Counted from the stretch's first letter, positions 1-8,878 are shown. The stretch is DNA of 50,841 bases from Deltaproteobacteria bacterium (GCA_037441725.1 JBBIRT010000003.1:1-50841); one strand, 5' to 3'. The notes: a model not told the origin generated them from the sequence alone. Numbers and translations are program-made.

Positions 1-18
1 TCCATCACACCTCTCCAT
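1..18 (+). repeat. 18-nt repeat TCCATCACACCTCTCCAT (the window begins inside a larger repeat copy)
   Basis: Exact 18/18 match to 28516-28533. An inverted 16-nt copy with 1 mismatch lies at 28378-28393. Looser similarity (shared CAGATCTC) continues for ~45 nt downstream. Confidence 0.7.
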
Positions 19-162
19 AGAATTCAGTGGAGCATTACAGATCTCTTTCTACTGAACCGATTGTTAGCCATATTCTTCCTCGTACCCTCAATCCAATGGA
101 TTTGGATCATCCTCCCTCCTCAGTCCTTCAAGGACTTTTTCGGAGCCCTCCTACTCTTCTCC

Positions 163-191
163 TTGACAAAATCTGTGAACCTCGTTAGAAA
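163..191 (+). promoter_or_regulatory. sigma70-like promoter for glpABC
   Basis: TTGACA (163-168), 17-nt spacer, TAGAAA (186-191). The ATG at 192 abuts the -10 element, so the ATG at 222 (MKIKTEVLIIGGG) is the more likely start. Confidence 0.4.
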
Positions 192-221
192 ATGAACTAT
201 TCCTATAGGAAAAGGATTTTA

Positions 222-1772
222 ATGAAAATCAAAACAGAAGTATTGATTATAGGAGGGGGAGCAACAGGGGTCGGTATCTTGAGGGATTTGGCATTGAGAG
301 GGATCCCCTCTGTATTAATTGAAAAAGGAGATTTTGCTTCAGGGGCCTCGGGGAGAAATCACGGCCTCCTTCATAGTGGGGCGAGATATGCTGTTACCGA
401 TCCAGAGGCGGCAAAGGAGTGTATTGGAGAAAATCGGATTCTAAAAAAAATTGCCCCCCATTGTATTGAGGAAACGGATGGCCTCTTCATCTCCCTTCTT
501 GAGGATGATCTTGATTTCAGAGACAGGTTTATAAGATCCTGTGAATTGGCCGAAATCCCTTACAAACTTTTATCTCGAGAAGAGACTCTTGCTTTAGAAC
601 CGGAACTCAATCCTGATCTTAAAAGTGCGATAAAGGTTCCAGATGGGGGAATTGATCCCTTTACCCTAATCTTAGAAAATGCAAGAGAGGCACAAGCGCA
701 TGGAGCAAACATTTACCTTCACACTGAATGTATCTCAATGGTTCTCAGGGCAGAACAAATCAGAGAAGTAAAGGCAAAAGATCTCATCCAAGGTGAGGAA
801 TATTCTATCGAGGCCTCTTTTTTCGTCAATGCCACAGGAGCATGGACAAATAAAATCCTGAATCTTGCGGGTCTCCATATCGGGATGGTCCTGTCTAAGG
901 GATCCATGATCATCACTAATCAAAGGCTTAATCACCATGTCATCAATCGCTGTCGACCCCCTTCAGATGGGGACATTATCGTTCCGAATCAAACTGTTTC
1001 TATCCTTGGAACAACTTCCATCCGTCAGGAAGAAGTTGAAAATTTCGAGGTCACCCCTCAGGAGGTCTCATGGTTAATCCAGGAGACTTCAAAGATGATC
1101 CCGGCCATTCATGAAACAAGATTCATCCGAGCCTATGCAGGAGTCAGACCTTTAATCCAATTGGGAAAGAATGAAGAGGATCGTGCCCTCAGCAGGGGAT
1201 TTGCTCTAATCGATCATGAAGAAAGAGATGGTTTAAAAAATCTGATCACCATCACTGGAGGAAAATTAATGACCTATCGACTGATGGCAGAAAAAGCCAC
1301 TGATCTCATCTGTAAAAAGATGGGATTAAATATCCCCTGCTCAACCCATTTGAATCCTCTTCCTGGGGCAGACCGCCGAGTTAGTTTAAAAGAACGTCTT
1401 CAACAATTCTCGGTCTCTAAAGAAGAAACCCTTTGTGATTGTGAACTCATCCTAAGAAGTGAGATTGAAGAGATTTTAGCCAATGAAAGTGTGAAAAACC
1501 TGCAGGACATTCTCCATCGAACCCGGCTGGCCAAGGGGACATGCCAAGGAGGATTTTGTCTCTATCGCCTTCTTGGAGTGCTGCATGAATTAAGAAGGGT
1601 AGGAGCAGATTCTAACCAATTGATTAGAGGATTACTCGAGGAGCGATGGAAAGGAATCCATCCCATTCTATGGGGAACAGCACTGAAAGAGGAAGAGTTG
1701 ATCGAATCGATTTATAAAGGGATATTTAATCTCACCCCCACCCTCCCTCCCCCCATTGAGGGAGAGGCTTAG
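222..1772 (+). CDS. glpA: anaerobic glycerol-3-phosphate dehydrogenase subunit A
   Basis: N-terminal FAD fold IIGGGATGVGILRDLALRG. C-terminal BFD-like Cys cluster (CDCE...CQGGFC). Followed by glpB and glpC. The ORF track starts at 192. Confidence 0.9.
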   Translation: MKIKTEVLIIGGGATGVGILRDLALRGIPSVLIEKGDFASGASGRNHGLLHSGARYAVTDPEAAKECIGENRILKKIAPHCIEETDGLFISLLEDDLDFRDRFIRSCELAEIPYKLLSREETLALEPELNPDLKSAIKVPDGGIDPFTLILENAREAQAHGANIYLHTECISMVLRAEQIREVKAKDLIQGEEYSIEASFFVNATGAWTNKILNLAGLHIGMVLSKGSMIITNQRLNHHVINRCRPPSDGDIIVPNQTVSILGTTSIRQEEVENFEVTPQEVSWLIQETSKMIPAIHETRFIRAYAGVRPLIQLGKNEEDRALSRGFALIDHEERDGLKNLITITGGKLMTYRLMAEKATDLICKKMGLNIPCSTHLNPLPGADRRVSLKERLQQFSVSKEETLCDCELILRSEIEEILANESVKNLQDILHRTRLAKGTCQGGFCLYRLLGVLHELRRVGADSNQLIRGLLEERWKGIHPILWGTALKEEELIESIYKGIFNLTPTLPPPIEGEA

Positions 1773-1783
1773 GGAGAGGCTCT

Positions 1784-3007
1784 ATGCATTATGACCTCCT
1801 CATTATAGGGACAGGGCTCTCAGGATTAATGGCTGCAAAAGCTGCGGTCGATTTGGGTAAAAAGATTCTCATTCTTGGAAAGGGAATAGGTTCCCTTTCT
1901 CTCTTTTCAAATTCGATTGATCTTTTGGGCCCCTCACAACAAGGGAGGACAATGGAAGAGAACCTTTCTCTATGGATAAAAAATCACCCCGACCACCCAT
2001 ATTCAAAGGTGGGTCTAAAGGGAATTGAGGATTCCCTTTCTTCTTTTCTTTCTCTCTTTCCACCTCCTTATTCATTCAAGGCATTGGGTCGAAGGAACTC
2101 TCTTATTCCAACAGCCGCAGGAACCCTACGCCCTACCTATCTTATACCTGAAACAATGGCAGAAGGAGTTTCCTTTCCTAACGGGAAAACCCTGATTGTA
2201 GGAATTAAAGGATATAAAGATTTTTATCCCCATTATGTAGCGGATCAAATGAAGTGCCGAGGGATTACCATCTCTCTCACAGATTTTCCAAATCCAGGAG
2301 AAACAGCAAATGCTCTGGCAAGGCTGATGGAAAAAAAATCTTTTAGACAAGAAATCGCAAGCAAGATAAAAGAACACTTCTATGGAGAAAGTCGAATTGG
2401 ATTCCCTGCCCTTTTAGGACTTCATAACCCTATGGAGGTGAAGGATGATTTAGAGAGACTTATTGGAACTAAGATCTTTGAAATCCCCACTCTCCCCCCA
2501 TCCATTCCAGGAATGAGAATCTTTTACCGTTTTAAAGAATGGTTGGCCCATAAGGGAGTTCCTCTCCTTTTGGGTTCCTCTGTGAAAAATGGAATCATAA
2601 AAGGGAAAAGATGTGTTGCAATCCATATCTCTCATCCTCCACTGATGACCACTTACTCTGCGGATCGTTACCTCCTGGCTACTGGCCGTTTTACGGGAGG
2701 AGGTCTCTGGGCTGATAGGGAAAGGATTTCTGAGCCCATCTTTAATCTTCCTGTCAAGCAACCTGAAACACGAGAGGAATGGTTCAGAAGCCACTTCTTT
2801 GATTCTTTATCTCACCCCATTCATCAAGCAGGAATTATGGTCAATTCGTCCTTTCAACCCATCGATGAAGGGGGAAATCTCATCTTAGAAAACGTCTGGG
2901 TAGCAGGGACGATTTTGGCTCACCATAACTGGATGGATGAAAAATCGAGGGAAGGGATTGAGATTGCTACAGGATATATGGCAGCAAGATATGCCTTGAG
3001 TACTTGA
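1784..3007 (+). CDS. glpB: anaerobic glycerol-3-phosphate dehydrogenase subunit B
   Basis: N-terminal dinucleotide fold LLIIGTGLSGLMAA. Its position between glpA and glpC matches the canonical glpABC order. Confidence 0.8.
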   Translation: MHYDLLIIGTGLSGLMAAKAAVDLGKKILILGKGIGSLSLFSNSIDLLGPSQQGRTMEENLSLWIKNHPDHPYSKVGLKGIEDSLSSFLSLFPPPYSFKALGRRNSLIPTAAGTLRPTYLIPETMAEGVSFPNGKTLIVGIKGYKDFYPHYVADQMKCRGITISLTDFPNPGETANALARLMEKKSFRQEIASKIKEHFYGESRIGFPALLGLHNPMEVKDDLERLIGTKIFEIPTLPPSIPGMRIFYRFKEWLAHKGVPLLLGSSVKNGIIKGKRCVAIHISHPPLMTTYSADRYLLATGRFTGGGLWADRERISEPIFNLPVKQPETREEWFRSHFFDSLSHPIHQAGIMVNSSFQPIDEGGNLILENVWVAGTILAHHNWMDEKSREGIEIATGYMAARYALST

Positions 3008-3065
3008 ATCTTTCTATTCTAAAATCTTAATCAAGGAGCTAATCTCCAAGGTCTGAAATCAAACC

Positions 3066-4280
3066 ATGATCTTAGATCACGATAGGCTGCTTAAAAAAAA
3101 CGCAGATAGATGTATTCGTTGTTCCACCTGTATGGCAGTTTGCCCTGTTGCCCGGGTCACTCCAAAATTTCCTGGCCCGAAGCAGGCAGGCCCTGGGGCT
3201 GAAAGATTTAGAAGATCAGGTGATCCCTCCGTGGACTCTTGGATAGACCTCTGCCTTGGATGTCACCTCTGTGAGATGGTCTGTTCTTCTGGGGTAAATA
3301 TCTCTGAATTAAACCTGATGGCCAAAGCAAAATATCTCGACGAAAAAGGAAGACCATTAAGAGATTGGTTTCTCACCCATTTCTACCTTTTCGGTCGGCC
3401 TGGATCACTTTTTTCTCCCCTTATCAATCTTCTCTCCAAGAATGCTCCCATCAAAAGGTTGATTGAAATAATTTTAAAAATAGAAAGGAAGAGAGAGTTT
3501 CCGAGTTATGAATCTTCAACTTTCATCCAATGGTTTAAAAAACGACGTTCCAAAGGGACGAAAAAAGTGGGTTACTTTTTTGGATGTTATACGAATACAA
3601 ATGAGGTAGATGTGGGGAAAGCTACTGTTCAAGTGCTTGAGGCCAATGGATTTGAAGTGATTCTTCCTCCCCAACACTGCTGTGGCATCCCGATGCTCGG
3701 GAATGGAGACTTCAAAGGGGCAAGGAAGATGGCGAATTATAATGTCCCCTCCCTTCTTCATAGCATTCGCTCAGGCCATGACATCATCTTTTCTTCCACC
3801 AGTTGTGGTTATATGATTAAATATGAATACACCCATCTCTTATCTGTTCAGGGGGCAGACCAGGTGGCTGAACATCTTTATGACATCTTTGAATTTCTTA
3901 GAAATTTAAATGAATCCAAAGCATTAAATCACCAACTTAAGGCGTTGAATATGAAGGCTGCTTACTTTATCCCCTGCCATTTAAAGGCCTTGCAAATTGG
4001 TCTTCCTGCCCTTGAGATCCTTCGACTCATCCCTGGCCTTCGTACTGAAATCATCGAAGCCGATTGCTGTGGAATGGGGGGGACTTACGGTTTTAAGAAA
4101 GAAAGATACGAAATCTCCCAGGAGATTGGAAGGGACTTGGTAGAGGAAATTGATCGCCTCAAACCGGATTTGGTTCTCTCAGATTGTGAGGGTTGCCGTG
4201 TACAAATAAGGCACTTGACAGGGTTAAAGGTTTTTCACCCCATTCAAGTTTTAAGGGATGCCCTCATAAAATCAAGATAA
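3066..4280 (+). CDS. glpC: anaerobic glycerol-3-phosphate dehydrogenase subunit C (Fe-S / CCG-domain protein)
   Basis: Two ferredoxin-type clusters (CIRCSTCMAVCP, CLGCHLCEMVC) and two CCG motifs (CCGIPM, CCGMGG). Confidence 0.85.
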   Translation: MILDHDRLLKKNADRCIRCSTCMAVCPVARVTPKFPGPKQAGPGAERFRRSGDPSVDSWIDLCLGCHLCEMVCSSGVNISELNLMAKAKYLDEKGRPLRDWFLTHFYLFGRPGSLFSPLINLLSKNAPIKRLIEIILKIERKREFPSYESSTFIQWFKKRRSKGTKKVGYFFGCYTNTNEVDVGKATVQVLEANGFEVILPPQHCCGIPMLGNGDFKGARKMANYNVPSLLHSIRSGHDIIFSSTSCGYMIKYEYTHLLSVQGADQVAEHLYDIFEFLRNLNESKALNHQLKALNMKAAYFIPCHLKALQIGLPALEILRLIPGLRTEIIEADCCGMGGTYGFKKERYEISQEIGRDLVEEIDRLKPDLVLSDCEGCRVQIRHLTGLKVFHPIQVLRDALIKSR

Positions 4281-4350
4281 GCAAGATCTTACAAAGAAGA
4301 AAATATTTTATTGGATTTTTTATAAAATAGAGGTTAATATAATAAAGAAA

Positions 4351-4450
4351 TCTCCGAGCCATTTCCCTAAACCCAAACTGCTTTGGATAAGGGAGATGGC
4401 CGTCAGGGCATGATTGGAAACGATCATACCTCCCGTGTTTGGAAAGGAGA
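4351..4450 (+). promoter_or_regulatory. Moco (molybdenum cofactor) riboswitch aptamer
   Basis: The 5' arm UCUCCGAGCC pairs with the 3' GGAAAGGAGA. There is a CCUCCC element, a CCCUAA...GGAUAAGGG receptor-like internal helix and a GGAAAC (GNRA-type) capped hairpin. It lies directly upstream of moaA, and a TATAAT at 4338-4343 would place the transcription start at the aptamer 5' end. Confidence 0.72.
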
Positions 4451-4466
4451 TGTGAGAGGCTCAATG

Positions 4467-4504
4467 ATGGCTGATACCCAAACACGGATATCAGCCATTT
4501 TTTT
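4467..4504 (+). terminator. intrinsic terminator (expression platform of the Moco riboswitch)
   Basis: ATGGCTGATA (4467-4476) pairs with TATCAGCCAT (4489-4498), followed by a T tract at 4499-4504. Confidence 0.7.
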
Positions 4505-4563
4505 CTACCTTCAATCGTAGATTGAAAGGGGTGGCTTTCAGAATCTGAACTTTTGAATTCACT

Positions 4564-5547
4564 ATGTTGTTAGATCATTATAAGCGAAAAATTGATTATC
4601 TCCGAATATCATTAACGGACCGGTGTAACTTAAGATGCCGTTATTGCATGCCTGAAGAGGGGATTCCTCTGATTCCCCACGAAGAGATCTTAACCTTTGA
4701 AGAGATTTTAAGGGTAGTTCGTATCTTTGCTAAGGAGGGTATTTCTAATTTGATGTTTACAGGAGTTGAACCCCTTGTTCGTAAAGGATTCATCTATTTT
4801 ATATCCCTCCTCTCACAAATCGATGGGCTTAAAGACCTTAGCCTCACCACGAATGGAGTTCTTCTAAAAGGATTAGCTTCCGAACTTAAAAGGGCAGGTC
4901 TGAAAAGAGTCAACATCAGTCTGGATTCACTGAAAAAAGAGAAATTCCATCAAATGACTCGAAGGGACCATTTTGAGCAGGTTTGGGCTGGAATAGAGGA
5001 AGCATTGAGAGTAGAGCTCTTTCCTGTCAAGATCAATATGGTGGTGATTCGAGGACTCAATGATGATGAAATTGAAGCCTTTGCCCGACTAACCCTCAAT
5101 CTTCCTCTGGTTGTCCGATTCATCGAATATATGCCTTCTGGAAATGGGGACAATTGGAGAGAACGTGATCTTATTCCTATCCCGATGATAAAGAGCCGCA
5201 TTGAAAATATTGGAAAACTGATACCCATCCCCTCAGACTCGTGGGATGGTCCGGCAAAAAGATTTCGAATGGAGGGAGGCATTGGTGAAATTGGGTTGAT
5301 TGGCCCTATCAGTAGCCATTTCTGTGAGAATTGTAATCGCCTCCGACTCACTCCTGATGGAAAGATCCGAAATTGCCTCTTTTCGGATGAAGAGATCGAT
5401 ATAAAAGAGATTCTTAGGAATGGAGGATCTGCCCTGGATTTAAAAGAAAAACTGTTGATTGCTCTGAAAAGAAAGCCAGCTGGGCATTTCATCAACACCC
5501 CCCAATTTAAAAAATGCCAGAGAAATATGTCGGCGATTGGAGGATGA
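4564..5547 (+). CDS. moaA: GTP 3',8-cyclase (radical SAM)
   Basis: CNLRCRYC radical-SAM motif, a C-terminal Cys cluster (CENCNRLRLT) and typical length (327 aa). Confidence 0.95.
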   Translation: MLLDHYKRKIDYLRISLTDRCNLRCRYCMPEEGIPLIPHEEILTFEEILRVVRIFAKEGISNLMFTGVEPLVRKGFIYFISLLSQIDGLKDLSLTTNGVLLKGLASELKRAGLKRVNISLDSLKKEKFHQMTRRDHFEQVWAGIEEALRVELFPVKINMVVIRGLNDDEIEAFARLTLNLPLVVRFIEYMPSGNGDNWRERDLIPIPMIKSRIENIGKLIPIPSDSWDGPAKRFRMEGGIGEIGLIGPISSHFCENCNRLRLTPDGKIRNCLFSDEEIDIKEILRNGGSALDLKEKLLIALKRKPAGHFINTPQFKKCQRNMSAIGG

Positions 5548-5619
5548 GGAAAATTCAGAATCAAAAGTTATGCATCATTAATTGAATAAATTCGCTATGC
5601 GAATTTGTTGGAGGTTTCG

Positions 5620-6114
5620 ATGTCAAGGCTTACACACTTTGATGAGCAGGGTCAGGCGAAGATGGTTGATGTGAGTGATAAAGAGGAAACTTTAAGAGAG
5701 GCTGTGGTACGAGGATCTATCTTTATGAATCCAGAAACCTTTAAAAAGATTACCTCAGGAAAGATCGCAAAGGGAGATGTATTTTCCGTTGCCAAAGTTG
5801 CAGGGATGATGGCGGCAAAGAAGACTTCAGAGCTTATTCCCATGTGCCACCCTCTCAACCTCACTCATGTGGAGATCAATTTCTTCCCTTTTAAAAAGGA
5901 AAACCGAATTGATATTGAATCAAAAGTGAAGATCAAAGCCAAGACAGGGGTTGAGATGGAAGGATTTGTTGCCGTAGCGGCTGCTGGCCTTACCATCTAT
6001 GACATGTGTAAAGCCATTGACCGAGGGATGGTTATCTCTAATATCCATCTGGTTAAAAAGGCAGGGGGAAAGAGTGGTACATATTTGGCAAAAGGCAAGG
6101 GGCATAAAGCATAG
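5620..6114 (+). CDS. moaC: cyclic pyranopterin monophosphate synthase
   Basis: Conserved MVDV, IPMCHPL and EMEGFVA blocks. GGAGG lies 5 nt upstream of ATG 5620. The ORF track starts at TTG 5605. Confidence 0.9.
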   Translation: MSRLTHFDEQGQAKMVDVSDKEETLREAVVRGSIFMNPETFKKITSGKIAKGDVFSVAKVAGMMAAKKTSELIPMCHPLNLTHVEINFFPFKKENRIDIESKVKIKAKTGVEMEGFVAVAAAGLTIYDMCKAIDRGMVISNIHLVKKAGGKSGTYLAKGKGHKA

Positions 6115-6162
6115 GGTAATTTCCTTTTTTACCCTTTGCCCTATGCCTATTAGGGAGAGGTC

Positions 6163-6609
6163 ATGAAACAGATTCAGCGTGGCAAAGTCCTTGCCGTAAA
6201 TATCAGTGAAGATAAGGGAACGAAGAAGACGAATATTCAATCCTGTACCTTGCTGAAAGATTTCGGTTTTAAAGGGGATGCCCATGCAGGAAATTGGCAT
6301 AGGCAGGTCAGTCTTTTAGCAAACGAATCGATTGAAAAAATGAAAATGAAAGGTCTGAAGGTCGGCTACGGAGATTTCGCAGAAAACATCACCACAGAAG
6401 GCATTGATCTCGTTCACCTGCCAATTGGTACAGAAATTCGGATTGGAAACTCAGCCCTCCTTCGGGTCACCCAAATTGGAAAGGAATGTCATCAGCGCTG
6501 TGCCATCTATTACCAGTCAGGAGATTGTGTTATGCCCAGGGAAGGAATCTTTGCTGAGGTCTTAAAAGAGGGTGAAGTGAAGGTAGGAGATGAAATCGTC
6601 ATTGGTTGA
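6163..6609 (+). CDS. MOSC domain-containing protein
   Basis: 148 aa with the GDAHAG...RQVSLL...ENITTEGIDL...VTQIGKECH pattern typical of small MOSC proteins found in moa operons. Confidence 0.75.
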   Translation: MKQIQRGKVLAVNISEDKGTKKTNIQSCTLLKDFGFKGDAHAGNWHRQVSLLANESIEKMKMKGLKVGYGDFAENITTEGIDLVHLPIGTEIRIGNSALLRVTQIGKECHQRCAIYYQSGDCVMPREGIFAEVLKEGEVKVGDEIVIG

Positions 6610-6611
6610 TC

Positions 6612-6666
6612 GGTTTATTGAGTCTATGGGGTTCATTGAGTTCCTTGGGTGAATCGAGTTTATTGG
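6612..6666. repeat. degenerate 18-19-bp tandem repeat x3
   Basis: The units are GGTTTATTGAGTCTATGG, GGTTCATTGAGTTCCTTGG and GTGAATCGAGTTTATTGG. The GGTTCATTG core is shared with the 14-bp array at 41879. Confidence 0.4.
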
Positions 6667-6708
6667 ATTTCTTTGGTTTCAAATCAATGAACACGGTAAA
6701 GGAATGGA

Positions 6709-7203
6709 ATGGTTTTCAAAGTAGCGATTTTGACTATTAGTGATAGAGGGTCAAAGGGTGAACGAGAAGATTCAAGTGGTCCTCTCATCCAAGAGATGAT
6801 CAAGGATCTCCCTGGTAAGGTCATCCATTATGAAATCATTCCGGATGAGAAAGAGATGATCACCGAAGCCTTAAAAAAGAGCGCAGATCAACTCAAGGCA
6901 GATCTCATCCTCACCACTGGAGGGACAGGATTAAGCCCCCGAGACGTCACCCCTGATGCTACCTTGAAAGTGATTGAAAAAGAGGTCCCTGGTTTTTCAG
7001 AAGCGATGAGGGCTGAAAGTTTAAAGAAGACTCCTCACGCCATGATCTCGAGGGCTGTGAGTGGTATTCGAGGAGAAAGCCTAATCGTTAATCTCCCAGG
7101 AAGTCCAAAAAGTGTGAGGGAAAACCTTAGGGTCATCTTGCCTGCCCTTCCCCACGCCCTCTCCAAATTAAAGGGAGATAAATCTGAATGTGGTCAGGAA
7201 TAA
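6709..7203 (+). CDS. moaB: MogA/MoaB family molybdenum cofactor biosynthesis protein
   Basis: TISDRGS...TTGGTGLSPRDVTP...INLPGSP signature, 164 aa. Confidence 0.85.
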   Translation: MVFKVAILTISDRGSKGEREDSSGPLIQEMIKDLPGKVIHYEIIPDEKEMITEALKKSADQLKADLILTTGGTGLSPRDVTPDATLKVIEKEVPGFSEAMRAESLKKTPHAMISRAVSGIRGESLIVNLPGSPKSVRENLRVILPALPHALSKLKGDKSECGQE

Positions 7204-7210
7204 CCGCTAT

Positions 7211-7855
7211 CTATTTTCGATCCTCCCTCCCTCTATATTCTCCCCCCTCTGTTCCTTTCGAACCCCTAGGTTTCCTCCTCTGCTCTTCTCTCCACTGCTG
7301 ATGTCTCTGGACCTCAGGCCTCCGATGATATTCCTGCTCTCTTTGATGTCTTAATTCCAATCTTTGCTTTTTGGGGGGACGATCTCGATATGCCTGGACC
7401 CCCCAAGTCTTTCGTTTTTCCCAATATCGATCCGCATGCCATACCTTCCAGTTCTGATGAAGTCGACGCTCCGGAATTCGCTCATAATGCCATCGATGTC
7501 CACGCCAATGGCGATCACGATAGAATCCCCTCCATCCTGGGTCAACATCAAAATAAAATTTTGGAACATAGTCATAATAAACCCAACCCTTATTATAATA
7601 CCGTGAACGATACCAACGACCTTCCCATAGACGCCACCACCAGCCATTCCAGAAAAATAGATCAACATCTATATCAGGAACCACATAAACATCATCTGTG
7701 TCAGGAAGCACGACCACTTCAGGGGGGGCAGGGAACAGGATAGGTGGGGGGGGAGGGAATGGAATTCCAATGTGGATATCTACGGCTGCCATGGTTGGAA
7801 CAGGAATGACAAACATCCATACGAACAGGATCGTCTTAAAAAAGATTTTTCTCAT
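7211..7855 (-). CDS. secreted hypothetical protein: signal peptide, Pro tract, Trp/Arg/Tyr-rich core and a charged R/E/Q-rich tail
   Basis: Strong SD (AGGAGGG) 5 nt upstream of the ATG. The N-terminus is a hydrophobic signal sequence ending in TMAAV. I recognise no family. Confidence 0.65.
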   Translation of the reverse strand: MRKIFFKTILFVWMFVIPVPTMAAVDIHIGIPFPPPPPILFPAPPEVVVLPDTDDVYVVPDIDVDLFFWNGWWWRLWEGRWYRSRYYNKGWVYYDYVPKFYFDVDPGWRGFYRDRHWRGHRWHYERIPERRLHQNWKVWHADRYWEKRKTWGVQAYRDRPPKKQRLELRHQREQEYHRRPEVQRHQQWREEQRRKPRGSKGTEGGEYRGREDRK

Positions 7856-8029
7856 GGGGCTCCCTCCTAATCTTGAATATGATGAATCATTTATTTTTTA
7901 ATTATATCCTATCAGGTTTACTCCTCCAATACATTTTTATATTTTTTTTGACGAATGATTCAAATTTTTTATTCACTACCTATATAGGAGTAAGTGGCTA
8001 TGCCTGATCTAATTGGCAGCTTAAAAAAC

Positions 8030-8059
8030 TTGACAAAAAATGACATGACCCTCTAAGAT
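8030..8059 (+). promoter_or_regulatory. sigma70-like promoter for the DUF169 gene
   Basis: TTGACA (8030-8035), 18-nt spacer, TAAGAT (8054-8059). Confidence 0.45.
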
Positions 8060-8102
8060 AGATTTAAGATGATTATTTAAAGCCTGATGGAGGAGGATCA
8101 AT

Positions 8103-8846
8103 ATGAATTCATTTTCAATAGAATTGTGGAATTCATTTCGAAAAATCTTGGGACTGAAAGAATCTCCCCTGGGGATCTATTATACGAAGGAAAAACCTGA
8201 AGGGTTCACTGCAAAGGAAGGGAGCCACCAATGTATCATTGGACTTTTAAGAAAGGCTCGACAAGGGGGAGAAACCGTTTATTTTGATAAAAACCATTTT
8301 GGGTGTCCTGGAGGAGCCTACTATATGGGATTCTTTGAATCCCCAAGACCGAATCTTGAATACTTTTTATCCTGTGGTATTCCAGGTGAGATGGAGGGAG
8401 AGCGATATATCAAAACACCTGAGCTAGCCAGAACATTTATTGCCTCAAGAAAACCAAGACCTGCTTCAGCCCCTTATTGCGTCTTCAAACCCATCGAAAA
8501 ATTCCAAGGAGAGGAAAAACCAGAGGTAGTTGTCTTTTTTGCTCCTCCAGATATCCTTTCAGGACTTTTTACCTTAACCGGTTATGCCTTAGAGAGCATG
8601 GAGGCAGTGATCAGTCCTTTTGGTTCTGGCTGCAGTACAATTCTATCCTATCCTCTGAAGGAGGCCGAAAAGGACCCCCCTCATGCCATCCTCGGAATGT
8701 TCGATGTCTCTGCAAGGCCCATGGTCGAAAGAGAGATCCTTACCCTATCCATGCCCTTTCCCTTATTCCTAAAACTTTTAGGGAATGTATCAGGGAGTTT
8801 CCTCGAAACAGAAAGCTGGAAGAAGGTAAGACTGAGGGGGATTTAA
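8103..8846 (+). CDS. DUF169 (COG2043) family protein
   Basis: Strong SD GGAGGAGG. 247 aa with a Cys/Gly pattern (HQC, GCPGG, GSGCS) resembling DUF169 proteins. The family call is from memory. Confidence 0.65.
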   Translation: MNSFSIELWNSFRKILGLKESPLGIYYTKEKPEGFTAKEGSHQCIIGLLRKARQGGETVYFDKNHFGCPGGAYYMGFFESPRPNLEYFLSCGIPGEMEGERYIKTPELARTFIASRKPRPASAPYCVFKPIEKFQGEEKPEVVVFFAPPDILSGLFTLTGYALESMEAVISPFGSGCSTILSYPLKEAEKDPPHAILGMFDVSARPMVEREILTLSMPFPLFLKLLGNVSGSFLETESWKKVRLRGI

Positions 8847-8878
8847 GAACCTTAGGCCTTTTTGGATGGGAGGGCATC

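Noticed and set aside
4950-5564. 204-aa antisense ORF within moaA, and similar antisense ORFs such as 25387-25821 and 2450-2794
   Set aside because: They lie entirely inside strongly supported genes on the opposite strand and have low-complexity content with no SD. These are typical shadow ORFs.
7351-7901. Four overlapping ORFs of 67-117 aa on both strands across the 7211-7855 gene
   Set aside because: They are shadow ORFs produced by the biased composition. Only the minus-strand 214-aa frame has a strong SD, an ATG start and a signal peptide.
8477-8878. 5' extension of the yjbQ ORF (272-aa ORF 8477-9295) overlapping the DUF169 gene
   Set aside because: The extension is out of frame with the well-supported DUF169 gene and has low-complexity, Arg/Ser-rich content. 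The YjbQ family length and SD fit ATG 8879.
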